Position numbers and translations under genes: made by a program. Shown here one piece after another: positions 13,655 to 26,812 of a stretch of 64,000 nt of DNA (position 1 is its first letter; the number at the start of each line of letters is the position of its first letter). The stretch is from NCBI GenBank assembly GCA_951406725.2, contig OX597827.1, positions 11,346,001 through 11,410,000 on the forward strand, given 5' to 3'. Below the pieces are notes generated by a model that saw only the letters and a program-made list of their open reading frames with translations, was not told where the DNA came from and made no database searches. This DNA is from Octopus vulgaris. Its lineage: Eukaryota.

Positions 13655-14130
13655 CTAAAACGACCTACATCAACACCAACAATACACAAATAAAAACAAA
13701 AAATAAAAAGCCAAAATGAGAAACAACAAAAAAAAAAAATACAAAAACAAACCCCAAGAAGCAAACACACTAATCTATAAGCTTTGTGAAAACATATTGG
13801 CTGGGAGATATTAATTTTGTAGCATGAAGTCTTATGTTTGTTTTTAACTAAAGTATAAACAGCATCTCTCTTACACTGCTCCCACCCACCACTCTCATCA
13901 AATAGCGTATATTTTTATAACATTGGGAAATTATTGCCCATCGAGATGCGATGTGGGGGAGGTAAACACAGAAGGAATGGAACTAGAATACCAATTTTCA
14001 ATGATCAGAACTATAATAATAATATCTTGATAACTCCAAGAATGTAAGTGTATGGTGTTTACGTGCGCGTATGTATACTACACACATACATGTATACATA
14101 CACACACGCACATATATAATATGTATATGT

Positions 14131-14169
<39 letters not shown>

Positions 14170-14239
14170 GTATATATATGTATATACATGTGTGTATATT
14201 TACGCATGTACATGTATGTATGCATATGTATATATATAT

Positions 14240-14286
<47 letters not shown>

Positions 14287-14304
14287 ATATATATATATAC
14301 ATAC

Positions 14305-14372
<68 letters not shown>

Positions 14373-15183
14373 TATACAGTTACTCTTTTCTCTCTATTTC
14401 TTCCTATGTTACTGTCTCTTATATTTTTCCTGATATGTATGTGTGTGTAAATATATATATATACATATATATATACATAATCATATACAAATATATATAT
14501 ACATGTACTTATAGATGTGTAGATATACATACAGCCAGAGAGACAGACAGACAGACAGACAGAGAGAGAGAGAGAGTGTGTGTGTGTGAAAGTGAGGGAG
14601 AAGGAGACAAATGGATTATATAGATATTGTCCTCTAGTTTGTAAATCTGCTATTGGTTGAGAGCATCACAGATACACTGGTCCTAACAAACATTTCAAAA
14701 ACTATATATTTATTGTTGGAAAGACAAAAGAAAAATTTAATTTGCAAAAAGCCACATATATATTTGTATATGCATTGAACTTATTATCGCAATCAAATAA
14801 TAATATTTTTGCACAAAATACTGCATTGGGAGACCCTTTTGTGTATTGGGTCTACTTTGATATTTGTATGAGTTTATTTCTATTATTATAGATATTTTTT
14901 TCTTATTTATTTTGTTTTATTTGTTTTTATTTACAGCTTTCACAAAATTGTTTTATGAAGAGAGGGTTATTATTTCCTATCAACACCTTTATGTATGTTT
15001 CTCTCTCTCTCTTTCTCTCTCTCATTCTCACCCTGTCTCTACCTCTCATACCCTTTCCCTCACCTTTGCAAACACACGCTCACGCACGTACACACACATA
15101 CACCACACACACACATATTTACAATTCACACAATGCTTCACCCTAACTATTCTATTTTAAGATATATATATACATATATACAT

Positions 15184-15237
<54 letters not shown>

Positions 15238-15995
15238 ATATATACATGCATACATACACACACACACAGATACTCCTGCATACATACACACATACATACA
15301 TACATGTATATATATATGTGCATATATATATATATATATATATACATGTCTATGTATGTATATGTTTAAATGTATATATATATGGATATGTGTGTGTGTC
15401 TATGTGTGTATATCTATATATATATATGTAAAAATATATATATATATATATATTATACACATATATGTACATATTATACATATATATGTGTGTGTGTATA
15501 TATAAACGTGTGTGTGTGTGTGTCAGTGGGTCTGCTTGCGAGTGTGTGTGTGTGTGTGTGTATGTGATGTTCCCTGGCTGCAAATCATGGATATTTTGCG
15601 AAAGCTGGAAAGAAATGAGGTGAGCATGCTCCAATGGATGTGTAATATTTATGTGCATGAATGACGGAGCACCAATGAGCTGAAAGAAAAACTGGGTATA
15701 AGAGGAATTAGATTTAGTGTGCAATGGAAGAAAACGGAGTTGCTACGGACACGAGATGCATATGGAGGTTGACAGATGGGTAAAAATCTGCCAAGTGACC
15801 GAAGTGGAAGGAACCTGTGGAAGAGGAAGACATGTGAAGAAGTGTTCGAAAGCCGATCTGAAAATACTGAATCTGACAAAGAATATGACCAAAGACTTCG
15901 GTAATTGGTGAGACGATTTGCGGAAGAAAACACGTTAAACCCATGCATGCATGGCAAAATGGATGCAAGAGTTTTTCTTGTGATATATAGATAGC

Positions 15996-16026
<31 letters not shown>

Positions 16027-16039
16027 GTATATGTATATG

Positions 16040-16094
<55 letters not shown>

Positions 16095-16147
16095 TGGTGT
16101 ACCCCCTACTGTCACGTTTGTGTTAGATTGACAATATACAACCATTC

Positions 16148-16178
<31 letters not shown>

Positions 16179-16332
16179 ATAGATATTTATGTGTATATAT
16201 GTATACATATATATACATATACATACATATGTGTATATATGTATATATACACACATATATATATATACATATGTACATAGCATATTCATATATGTATATA
16301 TACATATATATATGTATATATATATATGTGTA

Positions 16333-16374
<42 letters not shown>

Positions 16375-16525
16375 AATATGTATATATACAAATATATGCA
16401 AATATATATATATATACACACACCTACATCCATATGTATAACTATATAAATATCTATATACATATACACACATTCATATATATATATATATAAGTATAGG
16501 ATTTACTCCCTAATATTATTATTAC

Positions 16526-16570
<45 letters not shown>

Positions 16571-16650
16571 AATATATACATATAAATATATATAAATATA
16601 TATATATATATATTTATATAAGTATATATATATATATATATATGTTTGTG
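13175..16650. repeat. Cluster of (TA)n, (CA)n and (TACA)n microsatellites
   Basis: Many perfect and degenerate TA-rich tracts interspersed with short unique DNA. Confidence 0.85.
15563..15970 (+). mobile_element. RTE-like LINE 3' fragment, decayed
   Basis: Translates EMR*ACSNGC...LKEKLGIRGI...[29 protein letters not shown], matching the RTE C-terminal pattern W.GH..RM...V.G.R.RGRP. It ends aaacccatgcatgcatggcaaaatggatg. Confidence 0.7.
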
Positions 16651-17217
16651 TGTGTTTTTATGTTTGTATTATGTTATAATATAATGACTTTAAGTTTCAT
16701 GTTAAATGGGCCATTTCTCAGATGTTTGTAATTTGAGTGAAGATTTTTACCTCAAATAGAGAAGTATGCTCTATTTAGCATGAAACTTAGTCATGGAAAA
16801 GTAGTAATATCTATCTATTATATTATAATAGACTAGCTTCATTTTTTTGATTTATGAAACAAACAACCAAATACAATAGCAAGAACATGCTATCTTAAAG
16901 ATAGAATATTTGGCTATACATTCAGGTTATGTGATTAATGCCTCTTCATGGCTAAAATGTATAAATAAATGTATGCATCATCTATGTGTGTGTGTGTTAT
17001 AATTTTGCTTTATTTCTAGATTCCTTATAAATGGACACAGTAGGTTTCCAGCCTAAACCCAAGGCTTCTTCATTGGAATTCCAGCAACATTGATAGAGTA
17101 GTTGTACGTGTATGTGTGTATATGTGCAAGTATTTGGACTATGCATGTGCAGTTCTGTATTTTTTGTTTCATGTATGTATACTCATAAATATAGCTTCAT
17201 GTTCAGACATGTGCATA

Positions 17218-18366
17218 TGTGGTGGTATCAAAAAGTAAGGTGGTGAGCTGGCAGAAACGTTAGCACGCTGGGCGAAATGCTTAGCGGTATTTCGCCTGCC
17301 ACTACATTCTGAGTTCAAATTCCGCCAAGGTCGACTTTGCCTTTTATCTTTTCGGGGGTCGATTAAATAAGTAGCAGTTATGCACTGGGGTCGATATAAT
17401 CGACTTAATCCATTTGTCTGTCCTTGTTTGTCCCCTCTGTGTTTAGCCCCTTGTGGGTAGTAAAGAAATAGGTATCAAAAAGTCCCCAGACTAGTTCTGC
17501 AGCATGCCAACAGACGGCAGCACATGGTCGTATGCAAGGTGAGAGCTAGCAATGACCTTCATGAGGCAGTGTGCTGAGTGACATTGCTGTGTTTCCTTTG
17601 CAAGTTGTGAAATTTGTATTTTTGTGATCATGTGTATGCTGTAGTCTGTGACTTTTGTCATGGACAGGAAGGTAGAACAACGACCCAATGTGAAATTTTG
17701 CATTCAACTTATTAAGTCTCCTAAAGAGACATTGAACATGCTTTGGCAGGCTTACAGGGATGAGGCAATGGGTCATACACAATGTTTTGGGTGGTAGAGG
17801 CACTTCAAAAGCAGGATAACACTCCTGGAAGACATTGAGAGATTTGGAAGACCTGCCATGAGTGGGAACCCTAGAAATGTAGTATTGGGCATTGAGAATT
17901 CATCCCCCAGGACCAGACTATCAATCGAGAGTTCTACTGCAATGTTTTGAAGTATCTGTGTGGGGACATTCTGTGAAAGCATCTGAATCTGTAGAGCTCA
18001 AAGAATTAGAATCTCCACCAAGATCATCTCATGAGAGTTTCTCACCAAAAACATAGGATTGCTTCCACACTTGCCCTATTCATCAGATTTAGCACCTGCG
18101 GTCTTCCATCTCTTCCCCAAGATGAAAATGCAGCTCAAAGGTCACCATTTTAACACTGTTGTCAAGATCCAGAGAAAATCACAGAAAGTCCCTGACTTGC
18201 TTACAGAAAACAAGTTCTAAGCTGGATTCCAAATGTAGCAGGAACACTGGGACAGGTGCATTGCTGCACAAGGTGACTATTTCGAAGGAGATGATGTGAA
18301 AACTTAGGTAAATAAGTTAATTTTCATTAAACATAATTAGTCCAGGAACCTTTTGATACCACCACA
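17218..18366 (+). mobile_element. Mariner (DD34D-type) DNA transposon, internally deleted and decayed
   Basis: TIRs tgtggtggtatcaaaaagt / accttttgataccaccaca flanked by TA. The ATG at 17660 gives MDRKVEQRPNVKFCIQLIKSPKETLNMLWQAYRDEAM...FGRP. Later motifs are HLPYSSDLAPAVFHLFPKMK and WDRCIAAQGDYFEGD. Confidence 0.9.
17237..17470 (+). mobile_element. SINE family B monomer inserted in the left TIR of the mariner
   Basis: 13-bp TSD ggtatcaaaaagt at 17224-17236 and 17471-17483. Confidence 0.9.
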
Positions 18367-18960
18367 TAAATGTTAAACTTTTGGAAAGTTTTAGATATTT
18401 TGACAGTTCCATGATGACTTGTATCTGTAGACTTCTAATAAGGTTTCACATTTCTGGATATTGGAGAACCCTAATTTCCCAAAATTGATGCAGAGAAAGT
18501 TTGTTATATATCCTAGTTCCCTTATATCATATATATGAATGAAATCATGATATTATCAATCCATTACAGCCAGCCATACCAATCAGTATTGCACTGCATA
18601 TCAAAACTGGATGTTAAACTATAACATGGTTAAGTGATACTATGTTACCTGGTAGGTATAAATAAGGTGGGTTTTTTTTTTATCTCATACCCACAAGCAC
18701 TAAAGAGTACATGGTATTACTTAACTATGCCATTACCAAACATCTAGTTTGATATCCAGTGCAAAACTGTAATGAATTTATAATATCGTATACTTTGTTT
18801 AATAAATGCATTCTGCTGACAAACATACAGGTGGTGCATATTTTTGACTTATGGATACTTAGACAATTCTGTCTGCCTGTCTCTCTCTCTGTATGTATAT
18901 ATATATATATATATATATATACATACAGAGAGAGAGACACAGACACATAAATATATATAC

Positions 18961-19012
<52 letters not shown>

Positions 19013-19055
19013 TGTATAATCATCATCATAATCATTTATCTGTTTTCCATGATGC

Positions 19056-19158
<103 letters not shown>

Positions 19159-20119
19159 GTATGTGTGTGTATATATGTATATATACACACACACACATAT
19201 ATATATATATATCAAAAGGATGTATTATAATACTATTCCACAACCATACCAACAATCCAACATACCCCCATCATCAGCTGCTCCACGGATATCATTATGG
19301 TTTCGACACCTGTGCAGTACCACTCAATCCGGCAGTGTCAACAGCCCTAAAATAAGTGTTGGTTGGGAACAAACAAACCAAAGAAGCCACAACTTTCAAG
19401 CACATTTACCCTATGTACAACCGTATCGATAAATAAATTCCGTAAGTGAATTACAACCACTCCTAAATACGTAACTAAACAGCGATAACTTTATTAAGTC
19501 ATACAAAAATTATAATCCCTACTGTCTTCCGTAGTGTAATATAAAAGTAAAAGCTTAATAACCACATCGTTTCAATCAGGCAGGATTAAACATTAACTTT
19601 AATAAAACTTACAACAAAGAGACATAAGAACCAATGTACATTGTATCAGTATTAACAGTAAACTGCAATAACTAAATTATGTGGTAAATTGCGATCCATC
19701 TTTAAGTCCATTCAAATAATAACCCCCCAGGTCTTCCATAGATACTAATATAATGAAAGTTCAAGCCTTATAAAATTTCTCCAAAACAAAACATGATAGA
19801 AATTAATTTAACTAATATTTTTATAAGTGAAGTACATTAATTCATCATTGAAAAGTTAATAACGAAACACTACATACTCATTAATATATCACCACTACAA
19901 GCTATGATATTAAATTACCAGTAACTAATAGAAACATTAAATAGGAACTAATAAAAATACTTATAATTAGCTATTATTATAAACCGTGCTATGTTTAAAG
20001 CTAATTAAACTGTTTAAAAGATAATAAAACTGTAAGTATTAGCACTTACATGTTTAAATCAGACACACGGTTCCCTCACCAAGGATTTAAACTAACTATT
20101 GATGACATAGTGCATAATT

Positions 20120-20434
20120 GGAGGCACAATGGCCCAGTGGTTAGGGCAGCAGACTTGCGGTCAGAGGATCGCAGTTTCGATTCCCAGACGGGTCAGTGTG
20201 TGTATTTATTGAGCGAAAACACCTAAAGCTTGACAAGGCTCCGGCAAGGGGTGGTGGTGACCCCTGTTGTACTCTTTCACTCCAAATTTCTCTCATTCTT
20301 TCTTCCTGTTTCTTGAGTAACGTTGCAATTGACTGGCGTCCCGTCCAGCTGGTGGGAACACATGCGCCACAGAAACTGGAAAACCGGGCCCATGAGCCTG
20401 GCTAGGCTTGAAAAGGGATGCATAAATAAATAAA
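20120..20434 (+). mobile_element. SINE family E (tRNA-derived, V-domain-like core)
   Basis: Head tggcccagtggttagggc...gtttcgattccc, core gactggcgtcccgtccag, (TAAA)n tail. TSD agtgcataatt at 20109-20119 and 20435-20445. Confidence 0.8.
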
Positions 20435-20663
20435 AGTGCATAATTTCTACTTCCTCAGTTGTCTCAATATTGATGACAGAGTAAGCGAATAACTCAAATC
20501 ATAAACCTTCAAATCCTTACAAATATTTGCTAAGCTGAAGACTAGATATTACCCCATATTCATTTAAAATTTCAAGTTTCCCACCTAAACAGTGTTTTAA
20601 AAGTTTTAACCCATTTACCGTATTGATTCCCTTGTTTTACTAAATATCTTAACAGCTTATTTA

Positions 20664-20897
20664 TTCTCTTTCTCTTTCTCTTTTCTCTTTTACTTGTTTC
20701 AGTCATTTGACTGCGGCCATGCTGGAGCACCGCCTTTTTAATCGAGCAACTCGACCCTGGGACTTATTCTTTTGTAAGCCCAGTACTTATTCTATCAGTC
20801 TCTTTTGCCGAACCGCTAAGTAACGGGGACATAAACACACCAGCATCGGTTGTCAAGCAATGCTAGGGGGACAAACACAGACACACAAACACACACA

Positions 20898-20945
<48 letters not shown>

Positions 20946-21069
20946 TACGACGAGCTTCTTTCAGTTTCCGTCTACCAAATCCACTCACAAGACTTTGGTC
21001 GGCCCGAGGCTATAGTAGAAGACACTTGCCCAAGGTGCCACACAGTGGGACTGAACCCGGAACCATGTG
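20664..21069 (-). mobile_element. SINE family A lacking its 5' end, nested in the PLE
   Basis: Matches family A from the tail up to ccggaaccatgtg. Confidence 0.88.
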
Positions 21070-21557
21070 AAATGTATTAATATTATTAATAATAGTACTA
21101 TATCTAACAATTTTCTCTGCAAAAACACCATAACCAGTAAAAGAAGGAATTTTACTATTGAACCATGGCATTGAAGTCACTTGGAAACCCAAATTTTCTG
21201 CTTTATTATAAATGTCAGTACATATTTCATTGTTATCCTTAATTACTAGATTGACCTCTAAATAATTAATATTTCTTATATTATTACCACTTCTGGTGGC
21301 TATAAGCTCACTAAGGTATATTTTCTGAGCAAAAATTCAAAGAAACCATAATTAGGTATAAATATATCATTTATGTTTCTGCAGCATCCATCAGGTTGTT
21401 TAAGCAAATCCAACTTTTTCCTAGCAGATAAGTCTTTAAGAAGAAGGAACTCGCATGAAGAAAGATAAAGGTCCGCCAAAAGAGGGCTACAATAGCCACT
21501 CATTGGAATTCCCCTAACCTGCTCAAACACTCTACCCACAAACATTACAAACGAATT

Positions 21558-21700
21558 CATCATCATCATCATCATCATCGTTTAACGTCCGCTTTCCATG
21601 CTAGCATGGGTTGGACGATTTTGACTGAGGGCTGGCGAACCAGATGGCTGCACCAGGCTCCAATCTTGATTTGGCAGAGTTCCTACAGCTGGATGCCCTT
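21558..21700 (-). mobile_element. Family C (RTE-tailed SINE-like) 3' fragment, nested in the PLE
   Basis: (CAT)n cgtttaacgtccgctttccatgctagcatgggttgg...cagctggatgccctt. Confidence 0.85.
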
Positions 21701-22055
21701 ATTATTAACAATAAAGTTAACCATTTCTTTCATTTTTCTTTTACTTATATTAGTATATCCATTATAACAACAATTAGACAAGAAACGTTTACCATTCTTT
21801 AAAGATATACATTTAGTAAAAATAATATCCAATATTCTAAAAATATGACCATCTACTCATTTAAGATTTAAGTTTGTATATAGTGTCAAAAAATCATACA
21901 CATTCATACTCTTAACTTTCTTACATTTGATTAGTCTATCTAGAAATTCCTTAGTTTATCTAACACTCCAAAAATAATTAATTCCTGAACTGTTATAAAT
22001 TTTGTCATAATATTTTTTTAAATATGTTCTAACAACATTTAAAGCATCATTAATC

Positions 22056-22276
22056 GACTGGCCTCCGTGCTGTGGGCACGTAACAAACACCATCCGATCG
22101 TGGCCGTTCGCCAGCCTCGTCTGGCACCTGTGTCGGTGGCACATAAAATCACCCACTACACTCTCGGAGTGGTTGGCGTTAGGAAGGGCATCCAGCTGTA
22201 GAAACACTGCCAGATCTGACTGGCAACCCATGCTAGCATGGAAAGCGGACGTTAAACGATGATGATGATGATGATT
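22056..22276 (+). mobile_element. Family C element nested in the PLE
   Basis: ggttggcgttaggaagggcatccagctgtagaaac...acccatgctagcatggaaagcggacgttaaac(gat)n. TSD attaatc at 22049-22055 and 22277-22283. Confidence 0.88.
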
Positions 22277-22552
22277 ATTAATCAATATAGATAGCTGTTT
22301 ATTTGTACAATTTCTAGCTCCTGCTATCAATCTACTTTTAAAAGGAACCTTATGTAATTTAGGAATCCAAAAGCATTTAGGGAAACTTTTATCCTTTTCT
22401 TCCACTTCTAAACCACTTAATCTTTATACTGTGGGTAAAAGTCTCTTAATTAACTCATTAACGTTTTCAGGTATAACTCTGTATGTGTTATTACATATAA
22501 ACTTGTATTCCTTATCTGCTCCTAACTCTTTACCTATAACTATCATAAAATA

Positions 22553-22817
22553 ATAATAAATCTCTGAACGAGGTATAAACAGTAACTGCACGACAATGTG
22601 AGGTGTATTTGCCATCTCAATATGGCTAACCACTAAGGGTGAGTGTTACTGTAGCTTGTAGCCCCAGGAGAACATCGTCTCCAGCTGGCTTTAGGCACAC
22701 TTTCTGTGCCCTTAAGGTATTTGCAAAGGGAGGTTATCCTTCCCTCCTGGGGCTACAAGCTACAGTAACACCCACCCTTAGTGGTTAGCCATATTGAGAT
22801 TCCAAATACACCTCACA
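22553..22817. mobile_element. Fold-back insertion with inverted arms of about 75 bp, nested in the PLE
   Basis: Arm tgtgaggtgtatttg...gtagccccaggag (about 22597-22670) is inverted at about 22744-22817. 12-bp TSD tatcataaaata at 22541-22552 and 22818-22829. Confidence 0.75.
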
Positions 22818-23028
22818 TATCATAAAATATTTTTTACAAATTACTACAAAATTCCCTGCTGCTTTATCCGCTGGTACTATTACATACATTTTATGTAAAT
22901 CATCTATGAATTATTTAACTAGTACTTTATTCAGGACTGAATCTTTCCCTATCCACTTATATTTCTTTAAATGTTTAACCACCATATAAGTTAATTTGCT
23001 AGCCCATCTATATATATATATGTATGTA

Positions 23029-23091
<63 letters not shown>

Positions 23092-23147
23092 GTGTATATA
23101 TATATATATATATACATATATATACACATATACATATATGAATGTAT

Positions 23148-23193
<46 letters not shown>

Positions 23194-23381
23194 ACACATA
23201 TATATTTTTAGTCTTTTATTCATTTCAGCCATGCAGCTTCGATCATGCTGGAGCACCACCATGATTCTGTACTGTTACTTATGATTTTCCTACAGCTGAT
23301 TCCCTCAGGGTGGTAGTGTTTCACATCACCACTCCTGTATCTGCTTTTGTCCCTATTGTTGTCCCCTTTCCTTCTCCTATG

Positions 23382-23414
23382 TTTCCGATGAAGAGCTCTG
23401 CTCGAAACGTTAAA
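23382..23414 (+). ncRNA. Minimal type I hammerhead ribozyme motif (CCGAUGA variant), Penelope pLTR-like
   Basis: ttt-CCGATGA-a-gagc(tct)gctc-GAAACGTT-aaa. Confidence 0.55.
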
Positions 23415-24007
23415 GCCTCCTTCTTCCCTTCCTTCCTGAGTGTCCAATAATACTATATTTGTTCCACGTCCTCACGTTGTTGTGTTTTCTCTTTGTGTTT
23501 TCATGTTTGGATTAACTATATATATATATATGCTTGTATATATGCATGTATGCATGTATATATGTATGTATATATGTATGTATATATTTACATATATTAT
23601 GTAGGTATTTGGCTGCTACTTCTCACAGATCAAGTTTTCAATACAGGAGATTAAAATTCCACAAAAATAAAAGAAAGAACAAAAAGATTTCTTTTCAAAT
23701 TTACACTTTCAAATGTTTTGTTTCTTATCTACAATTGATAATTCAACTTTGATTTTGAATTTTTAAAAAAATTTTCTCTGATTCATAAGCTTAAAACATG
23801 AGAGATTTACTATTCTACAAAAAGCATCTTTCTTTTTTACATAAGTTCAGTTTTTGAATTTACCTCCTCTTCTCAAGTCTCTGCCAAATGTTTCATCTTT
23901 TCTGATGATGTCTATGAAAGTAATTATGCTTAGTGATTGTATTAAATATATGTATGTATGTATGTGTACATATGTGTGTGTGTGTGCATGTGCATATGAA
24001 AAGATGC

Positions 24008-24061
<54 letters not shown>

Positions 24062-24062
24062 G

Positions 24063-24149
<87 letters not shown>

Positions 24150-24278
24150 ATTAATACACACGCAAACACACACACACATGCACACACACAAATGTATATG
24201 TATATGAATTGCAGTCATATGTGACAGACAGATATAGGTTGATATAATATACGTATATATATATATATATGTATATAT

Positions 24279-24558
24279 ATAGAATGGTTGTATACTGTCA
24301 ATCTAACGTGACAGTAGGGGATTACACCACCGCTGTTTAGCCCTAGGAAGCATCGACGCTTCCTGATGGCTTCGACACATTTTTTCCTGTCTCCTTATAT
24401 ATTTACGAAGGGAAGAGACAAACACCCTTCGTAAATATATAAGGACACAGGAAAAAATGTGACGAAGCCGACAGGAAGCGTCGATGCTTCCTAGGGCTAA
24501 ACAGCGGTGGTGTAATCCCCTACTGTCACGTTAAGTTGACAGTATACAACCATTCTAT
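24279..24558. repeat. Long palindrome / fold-back element (134-bp arms, 12-nt loop)
   Basis: atagaatggttgtatactgtcaa...ttacgaaggg (24279-24412) is the near-perfect reverse complement of cccttcgtaa...caaccattctat (24425-24558). Confidence 0.92.
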
Positions 24559-24631
24559 CGCCCCCGCCACCATACATATCTCTATGAGATATTTAGAAAT
24601 TTAATATTTCTGATATATATATATATATATG

Positions 24632-24699
<68 letters not shown>

Positions 24700-25261
24700 G
24701 AGATGAATAGGAATATGAATATGAATATGATACAAGAGAGGATGTTGAAGAGAGACAGTCTCCATCGAAAATATGAAACCAACTGACATGGATAAGTTCT
24801 TAAGGTTTGAATATATTTATTTGAAATATTCCCTTCCACATTTTTCAATTAATTTTCTTTTGTTGCAATAAAATTTAATGATGTTTAATTTCATACACAA
24901 CCTTCAGTCAGAAATATATTTTAAGAGAATAATTATCACCTTCATCTTCTGTGTTAGATCTATGAAATAACATTACTTACTTAAATGCTTTTCTTTTTGT
25001 TTTCTTTTTGTTTATCCTTTTTGTTTTATAGCTTCTTACTCATAACCAAAGTATCTGAAATCTAAAACTTTTTCTTCATTTGGTGAACACCAGAATCTGA
25101 ACCGATGACTTTTTTCATCAATTGACGAGTACATAGTTTCTATATTCAAATTTTTGGAAGTGATTAGTGAATTTGTTAAACTCTTCGGATAATTTGCACA
25201 CCTCCGCTCATTATGTTTTTGTGCAGAAATGATGTTACTTTCAGTAACAGAAAATAAATAT

Positions 25262-25650
25262 TTATTTCTTTACTGCCCACAAGGGGCTACTCACAGAGAG
25301 AACAAACAAGGACAGACAAATGGATTAAGTCATGTATATCGACCCTAGTGCGTAACTGGTACTTAATTTAATCAACCCCGAAAGGATGGGAAGCAACGTC
25401 GACCTCGGTGGAATTTGAACTCAGAACATAGCGGCAGACGAAATACCTATTTCTTTATTGTCCAGAAGGGGCTAAACACAGAGAGGACAAACAATGACAA
25501 ACAAACAGATTTAGTCACGTATATCGACCCCAGTGCATAACTGGTACTTAATTTAATCGACCCCGAAAGGATGAAAGGCAAAGTCGACCTCGGCTGAATT
25601 TGAACTCAGAACGTAGCGGCAGATGAAATATCGCTAAGCATTTCGCCCGG
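25262..25650 (-). mobile_element. SINE family B dimer, 5'-truncated
   Basis: Two body units joined at gaaatacctatttc. Confidence 0.85.
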
Positions 25651-25685
25651 TGTAAATATTACTGACACTCTGTCATCTTACAACA

Positions 25686-25968
25686 ATGTGGGTTCCAGTT
25701 GATCCAATCAACGGAGCAGCCTGCTCATGAAGCTAACATGTAAGTGGCTGAGCACTCCATCAACACATGTACCCTTAACATAATTCTCAGGGAGATTCAG
25801 CATGCAGCAGAATGTGACAAGGCTGGCCCCTTTTAATTACAGGTACTACTCACTTTTGCCAGGTGAGTGGATTGGAGCAAGGTGAAATAAAGTGTCTTGC
25901 TGAAGAATACAATGTGCCACCAGAAACTGACTGTGAGCTGTACGCCCTAACCACTAAGCCGTGTGCTT
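25686..25968 (-). mobile_element. SINE family D-related (tRNA head), old copy
   Basis: Reverse complement starts gcacacggcttagtggttagggcg and contains cagcaagacactttatttcaccttgctcca. The head and core are related to 58604-58924; the tail differs. Confidence 0.65.
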
Positions 25969-26069
25969 TCACAGATAGAAAATAAGTATTGAGAAGCTAT
26001 TATGCATATTTTTACTCTAGTGTCAAGTACATCCTTCTTCATGGATCAGAGATATAGAGAAGGATTTAA

Positions 26070-26242
26070 AAGATATTGCAGGTGATACAGACTTTCATCA
26101 ATAACTATCTCAGGTGTATTCTTCAAATTAGACAGCTAAATAAGACAAGAAATGAAGAGCTGTTGCAGAAGAGGAGCCAGGCAGGTGCCAGCAGATGAAC
26201 AGGTCCTGATGCATAAGTGGGGATGGATAGGTCGTACGTTAA
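26070..26242 (+). mobile_element. RTE-like LINE ORF fragment
   Basis: Translates QVIQTFINNYLRCILQIR...NEELL...DEQVLMHKWGWIGRTL, matching the RTE pattern F.N.CLRRIL.I...SNEEL...RW.WIGH.LR. Confidence 0.65.
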
Positions 26243-26525
26243 GCACACTGGGCGAAATGCGTAGCCATAATTTGTCTGCCATTACGTTCTGTGTTCAGTT
26301 TCTGCCGAGGTCGACTTTGCCTTTCTTCCTTTTAGGGTCGATAAATTAAGTACCAGTTACACACTGGGGTTGATATAATCGACTTAATCCGTTTGTCTGT
26401 CCTTGTTTGTCTTCTCTGTGTTTATATATGTATATATATTTCTCACCTGACTGGGAATGCACAGGTAGGTGGAAGTGAGAACACTCTGGAAATTGCTAGC
26501 AGTGAGATACAGAGGCAAGCTAATA

Positions 26526-26812
26526 TGAGGTGATATCAAAAAGATCCCTGACAAATTATGCTTAACATAAAAAAACATCATTTCCTTCAGAATAGTCACC
26601 TTGCACAGCAATACACTAATCCCAGCATTCCTGCTACTTTCGGAATCCAGTCTGGAAGTCATTATCCATAAGCGACTCAAAAACCTTCCACTATTCACTT
26701 CGAATCTCAACAATGGTGTTAAACCAGCAATCTTTGAGCTGCATTTTCATCTTGGGGAAGAGAGGGAAGTCTGCAGGAGCTATATCTGATGAATAGGGCA
26801 GGTGCAGAAGCT
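26526..26812 (-). mobile_element. Mariner 3' fragment, same family as 17218-18366
   Basis: TIR tgaggtgatatcaaaaaga. The minus strand reads HLPYSSDIAPADFPLFPKMKMQLK...CIAVQGDYSEG. Confidence 0.85.

Larger units (their letters stand above)
20550..23010 (-). mobile_element. Penelope-like element reverse transcriptase pseudogene (Naiad-like), with nested insertions
   Basis: Collinear minus-strand motifs: VIVPADKAAGNFVVICKKYF, FWIPKLHKVPFKSRLIAG, YDFLTLYTNL, QVRGIPMSGYCSPLLADLYL, RNINDIF (decayed RYIDD), TDIYNK...MPWFNSKIP..GYGVFAEKIVRY, LLRYLVKQG. Stops and insertions are present. Confidence 0.85.

Noticed and set aside
13000-16731. Many YI/CV/HT-repeat ORFs here and throughout the window
   Set aside because: They are artefacts of (TA)n and (CA)n dinucleotide repeats.
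19555-19595. Possible hammerhead remnant downstream of the PLE RT (minus strand cctgattgaaacgatgtgg)
   Set aside because: The CUGAUGA core and stem II are missing; it is too degenerate to call.
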